This document shows positions 18,873-26,815 of a stretch of DNA of 64,000 nt, one piece after another (within the stretch, counting starts at the first letter, position 1; the number at the start of each line of letters is the position of its first letter). This DNA comes from Acidimicrobiia bacterium (lineage in GTDB: Bacteria; Actinomycetota; Acidimicrobiia; Spongiisociales; Spongiisociaceae). Below the pieces are notes generated by a model. The model had not been told where the DNA came from and did not search any database. It was given only the letters and a program-made list of their open reading frames with translations. The stretch is from NCBI GenBank assembly GCA_041576165.1, contig JBFGLM010000015.1, positions 25,327-89,326 on the forward strand. Reading direction: 5' to 3'. The position numbers and the translations under genes are program-made.

Positions 18873-20051
18873 ATGACGACAAGGGATCTTGCTCGACTCG
18901 GCATCACACGGCGGAGGTTCCTGCAGATGTCGGGACTCGCGGCCGGTGGCCTGCTCATCGGCGCGTGCGGAGGCGACGACGAGCCAGCCGCAACAACAGC
19001 AGCCGACGCCGCAGCTGAGACCACCGCGGCACCGGCCGCCACCGACGCACCGGCGGACACCGGTGACATGATGGCCCCGCCGCAGTCGGAGCTCGAGGTG
19101 GTGCGTTTTGACTTCAACACGCCGAACGTGAACCTGCAGGCTCCGTACTGGATCGGCATATCCAAGGGCTTCTTCGAGGAGGTGGGAATCGATCTGCGGC
19201 CCGAGAACATCACGGGTCTGGACGAATATCTGCCTCCCATGTTCGCCGGCGAGATCGACATCGCTCTCATGGACGCGGTCATCGTGTTCCCGGCTGAGGA
19301 CGCCTCGGTGCTCGACGGCAGTCCGAACGGCCTGAAATGGGTCGGGTGCGTCCTCGGTGCCCAGCCGATCATCATGATCGCCAACCCTGGTGTCACCGCC
19401 GACAACCTCGCAGACAAAACGATCGGATGCGCCCGGGCGGGAAGCACCAATGAGGTCCTGGCCAAGTTCGTGCTCGGCGAATTGGGATACGACTGGCAGA
19501 CCGACGTGAACTGCGTCAACCTGACCGGTGGCTCGAACGACTGGGTGACGGCCATGCTCTCCGGGCAGATCGATGCCACCCTGGCCTTCCCGCGCCACAT
19601 TGCGCTCGCGGAAGCAGAGGGCGGCAGCGCCATCTACAACCAGCCACGACTCGATCCTCAGGCAGGATTGGGCGTGCTCCAGTCGACGCTGGAGGAGTAC
19701 CCGACCTTCGCCACCGCTTGGAACTACGCCTACATCAAGTCGCAGCAGTGGGTCAAGGACCCGGCCAACTGGGAGGAATCACGCGAGATCCTGGTGAACG
19801 AGTTCGGTCTCGATTATCCGGACAACACGTTCGCTGCGATGGACATTGATGCCGGAATCATGACGAGCGATCTCGGCTGGAGTCCCGACGACATGGATAC
19901 GCTGATGGAGTTCTCCCAGGAGTTCGGTGGCTACCGTGCGGACCTGCCGTGGCGGGACTACGTCGATCTGACGCATCTCCACGCCGCCCAGGAGGCGCTG
20001 GAATTGCCGCTCAACCCGGTGGACGTGAACACCGGCGTCACCAACCTCTGA
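18873..20051 (+). CDS. ABC substrate-binding lipoprotein, Tat-exported (SsuA/THI5-like)
   Basis: ITRRRFLQ twin-arginine motif plus LIGAC lipobox; Ala/Thr linker; KGFFEEVGID; start ATG 18873. Confidence 0.85.
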   Translation: MTTRDLARLGITRRRFLQMSGLAAGGLLIGACGGDDEPAATTAADAAAETTAAPAATDAPADTGDMMAPPQSELEVVRFDFNTPNVNLQAPYWIGISKGFFEEVGIDLRPENITGLDEYLPPMFAGEIDIALMDAVIVFPAEDASVLDGSPNGLKWVGCVLGAQPIIMIANPGVTADNLADKTIGCARAGSTNEVLAKFVLGELGYDWQTDVNCVNLTGGSNDWVTAMLSGQIDATLAFPRHIALAEAEGGSAIYNQPRLDPQAGLGVLQSTLEEYPTFATAWNYAYIKSQQWVKDPANWEESREILVNEFGLDYPDNTFAAMDIDAGIMTSDLGWSPDDMDTLMEFSQEFGGYRADLPWRDYVDLTHLHAAQEALELPLNPVDVNTGVTNL

Positions 20052-20071
20052 CGAACCAGCAATCGAGATAT

Positions 20072-20104
20072 CGATCGGGGCCCGGCATCGCCGGGCCCCG
20101 ATCG
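20072..20104. terminator. Hairpin between convergent genes
   Basis: CGATCGGGGCCCGGC-ATC-GCCGGGCCCCGATCG perfect 15-bp stem. Confidence 0.75.
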
Positions 20105-20195
20105 TATGCAGGTACCCATCAAATGTCGCTCCTCATAGTCTGCATCTCGTCGCGTCAGACCAGATCGAGTCGCTTTCACCGCTGTGATGCTGGCC

Positions 20196-21542
20196 TCATG
20201 CAAGGCCGAGGGGATATTCGGTCAAAAGCTCCGGGCCGGATTCGGTCACGACAATCTGCTGCTCCAGCTTGACTCCCTCTCCCCCCTCCCTCCGGCCGGC
20301 GAAGGCCTCGACGCTTACCACATTGCCCGCTTCGATCACGCCGTCAAAGCCGGTCTGGTCCCACAGTTCCCGGATGTAGATCGACGGGTATTCATCGGCC
20401 ATGCCAACGCCATGGGCCAGCACGGTGTAGCCGTTGTAATCGTCCGGCGAGGGGTAGGTCGCCTTTTCGGTGATTTCCCGATAGGCGGCGCCAGGGACAA
20501 ACAGCGGACTGTTGGCCTCGATCATCTCGTTCGCCCGGGCCCACAGGTCCGCCTGGGTGGGGGTCGCCTTGACGTCGCCGCACACCCAGGAGCGGCTCAT
20601 GTCGACGCACATGCCGTAGGCGCTGATCATGTCCGTATCGAAAGCCAGGATCTCCCCCGCCTCGACCTGCTTGCTGCTGGCCTCCTGGTACCACGGATTG
20701 GTGCGCGGCCCCGAGCTCAGAAGCCGGGTTTCGATCCACTCTCCAAACCGCAGAAAGTTGGACTCCTGAAGGCGGGCCCACAACGCCACCTCGGTCACGC
20801 CCGGTTCGAAGATCGCCCGCATGTCGTCGATGGCGGCCTGGCAGGAATACACCGCACAGCGCATCGCCGTGATCTCCTCCGGGTGCTTGACAAGCCGGGC
20901 GTCTTCCATCAGCTGCATACCGCTGATCAAGTCCACGCCGAGCGCTTCGAGCGCCCTGATACCGTCCAGGCTGAGCATGTCAATGGCCAGTCGGCGCCCG
21001 CCGGAGCGGGAGACCTCGTCGATGGTGTCGACCAGCTCGTGAGCCCACCGGACGGCGATCTCGGGCCGCCGATCGCCTACATAGAACGGCCAGAAAGACG
21101 TCGCCGGGCGGATCTCGGCGACTGTCTCTGCATGGGCGGACAGAAACTCGCCATTGGAGTATTCGTACATGATCACCGGCCCGTCGGCCGGGACCAGGGC
21201 GTAGCGCACAGCGTTGTGGGCCGTCCAGATCGACATGTTGGTGCTGTCGGTGGCGTAGCGAATGTTGACCGGGTCGTACAGCAACGCAGCGTCGCACTCG
21301 GCCGCCTGGAGCTGGGAGCGGACGCGCTCGAGCCGATAGCTGCGGATCGTGGGCAGGTCGGGCAAGGCGAGCCCGGCCGCCTGCCACTCGACCACAGTTT
21401 CGGGACGGGGTCCGATCACATGCATGTTGCGGTTGGTGTGCTCCAGCAGCCACGGCGGAGCGGGGCGGCCGCCCCGGATCTTGGGCTGATGCCGGCCGTG
21501 CACGCTGGGATCAACCACGGCTACAGCTGCAGCCACGCCCAC
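20196..21542 (-). CDS. dddP: M24-family protein, DMSP lyase DddP-like
   Basis: AGLALPDL, DPVNIRYATDSTNM, GEWIETRLLSSGPRTNPW, FDTD, HGVGMADEYP, KLEQQ match the DddP clade. Confidence 0.78.
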   Translation of the reverse strand: MGVAAAVAVVDPSVHGRHQPKIRGGRPAPPWLLEHTNRNMHVIGPRPETVVEWQAAGLALPDLPTIRSYRLERVRSQLQAAECDAALLYDPVNIRYATDSTNMSIWTAHNAVRYALVPADGPVIMYEYSNGEFLSAHAETVAEIRPATSFWPFYVGDRRPEIAVRWAHELVDTIDEVSRSGGRRLAIDMLSLDGIRALEALGVDLISGMQLMEDARLVKHPEEITAMRCAVYSCQAAIDDMRAIFEPGVTEVALWARLQESNFLRFGEWIETRLLSSGPRTNPWYQEASSKQVEAGEILAFDTDMISAYGMCVDMSRSWVCGDVKATPTQADLWARANEMIEANSPLFVPGAAYREITEKATYPSPDDYNGYTVLAHGVGMADEYPSIYIRELWDQTGFDGVIEAGNVVSVEAFAGRREGGEGVKLEQQIVVTESGPELLTEYPLGLA

Positions 21543-21560
21543 CGCTCGGGCCGGGCATCC

Positions 21561-23135
21561 TCATACCTTCATCACTTCGGATGGGTCGCGACCGAGGTCT
21601 TGCAGCATGATGATGGCGGCGTTGCGGCCGGGCGCACCGGTTATCGAGCCGCCGGGATGGGTCGTGCCGCCAGTTTGGTACAGACCGGCAATCGGCATCC
21701 GATGCTGGGCCCACCCGGGCACCGGACGCATCGGCCCCGTATGGGCGATCGTTCGATCCCCGCCGTGGAAGGCGCCGCGGATCATGTGCGGGTTCCAGGC
21801 TTCGATGTCGTCCGGCGACTTGACCATCCGACCGACGATCTGATCGGAGGTGAAGTTGGGCGCGAACTTCTGCACCCGCTCGAGGAAGCGGTTGGTCACG
21901 ACTTCTTTCTCAGTTTCCCACGCCCGACCCGCCGGCAGTTCGTAGGTCTGAGCGCTCAGCAGTTTCACCGTGTGGAGGTCATCCACCGACCGGCTCTGGT
22001 CGACCAGAGTGGGGGTCGCCACCAGGAGAAACGGTATGTCCTCGAAGAACACGCCGTCGGACATGTCCCGAATAGCCCGCCGGATCTGCTCGGGCCAACC
22101 GGCGATCCCGGCCGACACCGCCGTTTGGCCGCCCCCGGCCGTAGCGAAAACGGGCGGCTCTTTCGCGGCCAGATACGCCGCGAAGCCAGAGAGGCCAACG
22201 TCGTACGTGTCAACGCCGTACCGAAAGTCGTCGCCCCACGCCTCGCTCGGCGCCATGTCCACGAGGTGCTTGATGTGCACGGTTGAGAGCACCGCATAAT
22301 TGGCGAGGTACCGGTCGCCGCTGGTTGTCTCCACTCCGATGCATCGCCCGTTTTCGATGATGAGCCTGCTCACGGTCTGGTTGCACACGATCTCCGCCCC
22401 GCGCTCTTCCAGGAACTCGACCAGAGCGTCGACCAGCCGGCCCGAACCGCCCAGTGGTATCGACCAACTGTTCTGCTGGCGCCCGTAGATCAGCGAGTAC
22501 GCCAGCACACCGGTACCGGGCCGGTCGAGCGCCACCAGGGTCTGGAAGGTCATCCACAGCATGAAGCTCTGGACATGACGGCTCTCGAATTCACGCATGA
22601 TGACGTCGAACGCAGACATCATCCGCCGCCGTTGCCATGTCGAGCGACGGGGGTGATCTGCCAGCAGCTGATCGAGCGACGGGCCGTGACCGAGCGGCTG
22701 GAACCGGCCCTGCCCGAATAAATGCTTGACGGCCCCGTACTCCTCCAACATCTGTTCATAGGCCCGGGCGTCGTTGGCCGAAAAGCGAGCAAACTCGGCG
22801 GCGGTGCGCTCCACATCGAGCCACATGGTGAGGTGCTCGCCGTCGGGCATCGTGACGTGGCCGACCGGATCCGGGTCGACATACTCGAGGCCGTGTTTGG
22901 CAACCAGTCCGAGCTCGTCGTGGCGGATCAGCGGGTTCACCCGGATGAGCGTGTGCCCCGTCGAGCACGTGTCGATCCCGAGGCCGGGAAGCAGCAGCTC
23001 CTCGGTGGCCGCCCCTCCCCCTGGGATGTCGCGGGCGTCCAGTATCACGCACGAGTAGCCCGCCTGGGCCAGGTACGCGGCCGTGATCAGGCTGTTGTGA
23101 CCGGCGCCGGCGATGACGATGTCAGCCGTAGTCAT
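21561..23135 (-). CDS. FAD-dependent oxidoreductase, phytoene dehydrogenase-like
   Basis: IAGAGHNSL, GGSGRLVDAL, LYQTGGTTHPGGSITGAPGRNAA. Confidence 0.88.
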   Translation of the reverse strand: MTTADIVIAGAGHNSLITAAYLAQAGYSCVILDARDIPGGGAATEELLLPGLGIDTCSTGHTLIRVNPLIRHDELGLVAKHGLEYVDPDPVGHVTMPDGEHLTMWLDVERTAAEFARFSANDARAYEQMLEEYGAVKHLFGQGRFQPLGHGPSLDQLLADHPRRSTWQRRRMMSAFDVIMREFESRHVQSFMLWMTFQTLVALDRPGTGVLAYSLIYGRQQNSWSIPLGGSGRLVDALVEFLEERGAEIVCNQTVSRLIIENGRCIGVETTSGDRYLANYAVLSTVHIKHLVDMAPSEAWGDDFRYGVDTYDVGLSGFAAYLAAKEPPVFATAGGGQTAVSAGIAGWPEQIRRAIRDMSDGVFFEDIPFLLVATPTLVDQSRSVDDLHTVKLLSAQTYELPAGRAWETEKEVVTNRFLERVQKFAPNFTSDQIVGRMVKSPDDIEAWNPHMIRGAFHGGDRTIAHTGPMRPVPGWAQHRMPIAGLYQTGGTTHPGGSITGAPGRNAAIIMLQDLGRDPSEVMKV

Positions 23136-24023
23136 TCATCCTCCTCGGCTCAGAATCACGAGTACCGAGCCTCCGACGACCGCGAGCATGCCGAACAGCA
23201 CCTGCCGGGTCGGGCGTTCGAATGTAGACCGACCGACCAGCGGAGCTGCGACGACCACGACCGGGGTCGATAGCTGGAACAGCGTCAGCGCAACGCTGAT
23301 CTCGATGGCCTCGATCGCCTCCCACTGTGAGGCGATCGCAAGGCCGACAATGGTGCCGCTGGCCAGCACCCAGCGCAGAACCGATTTCACCGGACCCCCG
23401 AACCGGGGCCGCCAGCCGACCTGCACCACCACCCATCCGGCCACCGCGGCGCCCGCCAACCCCAGGGTCACCCCAAGCAGCGGAGCCGGGAGATCCTCCA
23501 GGCCCCGGCGGATCATCACCGGCGTGAAGGCCCAGATGGTCGCCACCAACAGAGCGTGGTACGGAACCCGGCTCGTGTTGGCAACCTGGCCGGTGGCCGC
23601 ACCCTCCATGGCGATCAGCGCTACCCCGCCGCTCACGGCCAGCAGACCGATGAGGATGGCCAGCGTCAGCGGTTCGTCGAGCAGCAGCGCGGCGAGGATG
23701 CTCCCGACCAGCGGGCTGGCCGCGACTACCACCCCGGTGCGGGAAGCACCAATGCGTTGCTGACTCAGTCCCAGCAGCGTCCAGCCGCCCGTGAAGTGGA
23801 GGATGCCGGTAGCAACGAAGATCGCCGGCGCAAACCACCCGGCATCGCCCAAGAGCGAAATGTCCTCGAACGTCAGCCCCAGCGCGGTGGTCAACGCACC
23901 GGCGACGATCACGATTGCCAGCGTCGCCCGCGACGCGTCTATCCGGGCCGTCGCCTGACGGAAGAAAGCCTGGTGGAGGCCAAAGAAGACGCCGGCCAGT
24001 GCACCGAATACGACGCCGCTCAT
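23136..24023 (-). CDS. DMT/EamA family transporter
   Basis: About 10 TM helices in two repeats; IGASRT, LLLDEP. Confidence 0.85.
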   Translation of the reverse strand: MSGVVFGALAGVFFGLHQAFFRQATARIDASRATLAIVIVAGALTTALGLTFEDISLLGDAGWFAPAIFVATGILHFTGGWTLLGLSQQRIGASRTGVVVAASPLVGSILAALLLDEPLTLAILIGLLAVSGGVALIAMEGAATGQVANTSRVPYHALLVATIWAFTPVMIRRGLEDLPAPLLGVTLGLAGAAVAGWVVVQVGWRPRFGGPVKSVLRWVLASGTIVGLAIASQWEAIEAIEISVALTLFQLSTPVVVVAAPLVGRSTFERPTRQVLFGMLAVVGGSVLVILSRGG

Positions 24024-24052
24024 CGCTTGCCATGACCGTCAACCGCCTCCAC

Positions 24053-24066
24053 TGCAAACGATTGTA
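24053..24066. promoter_or_regulatory. LacI-type operator copy 4 (TGCAAACGATTGTA)
   Basis: 30 nt upstream of the DMT-oxidoreductase-dddP operon. Confidence 0.7.
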
Positions 24067-24156
24067 GGCAGCCACCTCCCATGGGACGTGACTGCCAGCT
24101 TCGCTCGTCAGCCGGTCGATGCACGACACCGCCCACCGGGGCCTCGCCGCCACCCG

Positions 24157-24170
24157 GACAATCGATTGCG
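24157..24170. promoter_or_regulatory. LacI-type operator copy 5 (GACAATCGATTGCG)
   Basis: 104 bp from copy 4, just downstream of a minus-strand TTGACG. Confidence 0.62.
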
Positions 24171-24258
24171 CATTGGTGGGAGCGTCAACATGACCTCGGT
24201 GACTCCGTCCGCGCCGCCTGCCGTGAGACATGTCCGGTCTCACCTGACTCAGACCCAT

Positions 24259-25308
24259 TCAGGTGGTGCCGTCGGTCAGTTGGGCCGGATCGAACGACTC
24301 CAGCAAGAGCGGCTCGTCAGGCTCACTCAGGCCGCCCGGGCCCGCAGTGTGGATCAGCGGCGCCGGTTGCCGGTTGAGTAGCAGGCGGAACACATCGGGC
24401 CGGTTGTAGTGGCCGGCCAGGTCATGGCGAAGTTTCATCCGGACGCCGACGTCGAAATCCATATCGGCGTACAGAATCAATTGCTCGTTGCCGACAGCAG
24501 GTCCGGCGACGACGCGGGTGTCCGGGGCGACGATGCATGAACCACCACCAACGTCAGCGCGTCCGAGGAACGCTTCGTCCTCCTCCCCCGACGGGATGAT
24601 GCTGCGAATCCGGTCGTCGACAACGGCCGACGCACTGATCACCCAGGCCTTCGACATCTGGGCGAAGGCACGGGCCGCAACCAATGAGATCTCAGGCATC
24701 GGTAGGGCCGGGGTAGGAAAGTGGTTTGGCCAGGCCATGACGTGCACCCTGGTCGCCTCAGCGGTCAGCGCAAAGATGGCCAGAGGATTGGAGTTCTCGC
24801 CGCACATGAGACCAGAAATCGGCCCCCATGGTGTGGCAAACACTCCGAAGGTTTCAGGACCGCCCGGGCGATGCACCAGCCGTTCCCCCACGGTGGGCAC
24901 GAGCTTCTGGTGCTTGCCGATATACCCGTCGGTGGGACTGAGGAAGACCTGGGTGTTGTACATCGTGCCGAAGGTGCCGCTCAGCCGCTCGCAAATACCG
25001 ATGACGACATGCGCGCCGGCCCGGCGGGCGGCGGCCGCCAGCGCGTCTATCTGGGGACCGGGAACTTCGACGGCGTTCTTGAACAGTTCTAGAGAGAGCC
25101 GGGTTGCCTCCCGACTGGTGCCGGGATGGAAGTGGAACCAGATCGGATGGGCCGGGATGAAGCCCTCGGGGAAGCCGATGATTTGCGCACCTTCAGCACC
25201 GGCTTGTTCGATCAGCCCAATCGCCTTGTCGACACTGGCATCGCGATCCAGGAAGACCGGCGCCGCTTGCACAGCAGCTCCGCGAACAATGGGCGACTCA
25301 TCCCCCAT
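24259..25308 (-). CDS. Nitrilase / carbon-nitrogen hydrolase
   Basis: E-K-C triad: FPEGF, HQKLVPT, GLMCGEN; DLAGHYNRPDVF. Confidence 0.92.
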   Translation of the reverse strand: MGDESPIVRGAAVQAAPVFLDRDASVDKAIGLIEQAGAEGAQIIGFPEGFIPAHPIWFHFHPGTSREATRLSLELFKNAVEVPGPQIDALAAAARRAGAHVVIGICERLSGTFGTMYNTQVFLSPTDGYIGKHQKLVPTVGERLVHRPGGPETFGVFATPWGPISGLMCGENSNPLAIFALTAEATRVHVMAWPNHFPTPALPMPEISLVAARAFAQMSKAWVISASAVVDDRIRSIIPSGEEDEAFLGRADVGGGSCIVAPDTRVVAGPAVGNEQLILYADMDFDVGVRMKLRHDLAGHYNRPDVFRLLLNRQPAPLIHTAGPGGLSEPDEPLLLESFDPAQLTDGTT

Positions 25309-25356
25309 CGCGGCAACAGATCGGGAGGCGTGAACTCACGCCTCGGGCTCCCAGGT

Positions 25357-25728
25357 TCATATGTCGTCGGTGATCCACACCGTCTCGGACGGCGCCGGCA
25401 CCCACAGTTCATAGAAGGCGAACGGGGCGTCGTGCGGATTCTCGAACGAGTGCACCTCGCCCGCCGCCGCGGTGAGGACGTCGCCCGCTCCCACTTCGTA
25501 CTGGTCTCCGTCGACGTGGAAAACGCCATTCCCCTCCGAGACGAACCAGATGTGGCGGGCGCCCACGTGATAGTGCGGCGCGGCTGTGTCGTATGGCTTG
25601 TACCGGATCAGATCCGCCCGCAGGTCGGTGAAGCCGAACATCTCCTCGGTCACGAGGTCAATGCGGTCTCGGCCATCCCGGGTCGACCGGTGCCTGGGGA
25701 GGTCGTCGTATCGGATCACCCGTTGCAT
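25357..25728 (-). CDS. Cupin domain protein
   Basis: PHYH...FVSEG...GEVHSFEN; probable leaderless start at 25728 (TACGTT 6 nt upstream). Confidence 0.8.
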   Translation of the reverse strand: MQRVIRYDDLPRHRSTRDGRDRIDLVTEEMFGFTDLRADLIRYKPYDTAAPHYHVGARHIWFVSEGNGVFHVDGDQYEVGAGDVLTAAAGEVHSFENPHDAPFAFYELWVPAPSETVWITDDI

Positions 25729-25759
25729 GCAGGCAACGTACTCCGCCACGTGCCAAGTC

Positions 25760-25773
25760 TGCAAACGATTGCG
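25760..25773. promoter_or_regulatory. LacI-type operator copy 6 (TGCAAACGATTGCG)
   Basis: Between the divergent cupin-nitrilase operon and the amidohydrolase pseudogene. Confidence 0.72.
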
Positions 25774-25781
25774 GGTGAGGC

Positions 25782-26748
25782 GTACACACCCATTGCATCC
25801 CCGAGGGGTTCGTGCCTGGCTGGAAGCGCACGGGAAAGCTCACCAGATCGGACTGGAGGACACACCCCGGCGACAGGGAGCCGTGTTTGGGGACCGCCAC
25901 ACCGAGCCGATGCCGGCCGACGCCACCCCGCTGTAGCGCCGCCTGAGTGAGGTGGACCGCATGGGAATCGACGTACAGGTCTTCGCGGGTTGGATCGACC
26001 CTCACCGGATGCGAAATCGAGGGAGCGGCAGCCGCCACCTACTCTCGAGCCCACAACGACACTTTGGCGTCCGAAGTGGCGGAGGCGCCTTCCGGGAGGC
26101 CGATGGCAATCGGCAACGTTCCGCTCCAGCATCCGGACCCGGCGGTAAGTGAGCTAGGCCGGTGTATGGACGAGCTCGGCATGAAGGGGGTCGAGACAGC
26201 CAGGTCGGTCCGCGGGCGGGCCCTCGACCAAGCAGATCTCGACCCATTCTGGGAAGCGGTCGCAGATCAAGGCATTCATCCTTCTGCACCCCATGACCCG
26301 CTCCGCGGCGTCGACCTCGACCGCTATTTCATGTCGAACCTGGGCCGTCCGGCTGAGACGACCGTGGCCCTGGCCGGCCTGATCCTCTCCGGCGTCTTCG
26401 AGCGTCACCCATCGCTCCGGCTGTGCGCGGTGCCCGGCGGCGGCTTCGCTCCGTTTCAGACGGGTCGGCTCGACAAATGCGCCACCGTCCGTCCATCGGG
26501 TCACATCACCCGCGCACCGTCCGAGGACTTGCGCGACCTGTTCGTGAACACGGTTGTGCACGACCCGATCGCGCTTTGACTACGTGATCCGCGTAGTTGG
26601 CTCGAAGCGTGTGCTGCTCGGTACCGACTACCCGTCCCCGATGGGCGATCAGGACCCAGTCGGTTTCATCCGCTCCCTTTCCTCCCTGAGCATCGAGGAG
26701 CAGGACGACATCCTCGGCAACAACGCCGCCCGGTTGTTCGAGTTGTGA
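25782..26748 (+). pseudogene. Degraded Amidohydrolase_2 (ACMSD-like decarboxylase/hydratase)
   Basis: Family motifs spread over several frames: VHTHCIP, DRMGIDVQV, SGVFERHPSL..PGGGFAP, RVLLGTDYP, ILGNNAARLF; TAG at 25934-25936 and at least three frameshifts. Confidence 0.82.
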
Positions 26749-26757
26749 AAGCTCTCC

Positions 26758-26800
26758 GCAAAGCTTCGAGACCCGCACAAGGCGGGTCTCGAAGCTTTGC
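26758..26800. terminator. Hairpin between convergent genes
   Basis: Perfect 19-bp stem GCAAAGCTTCGAGACCCGC / GCGGGTCTCGAAGCTTTGC with 5-nt loop. Confidence 0.8.
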
Positions 26801-26815
26801 AGGCCCTGGCGCCGG

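Noticed and set aside
20184-22286. 700-aa plus-strand ORF and many other long antisense ORFs in the track
   Set aside because: Shadow frames of well-supported opposite-strand genes, expected in high-GC DNA; no family motifs
23122-24258. 378-aa minus-strand ORF overlapping the DMT gene, with a GGAGG-preceded ATG at 24033
   Set aside because: Arg/Gly-rich out-of-frame translation with no motifs; the DMT frame explains the region
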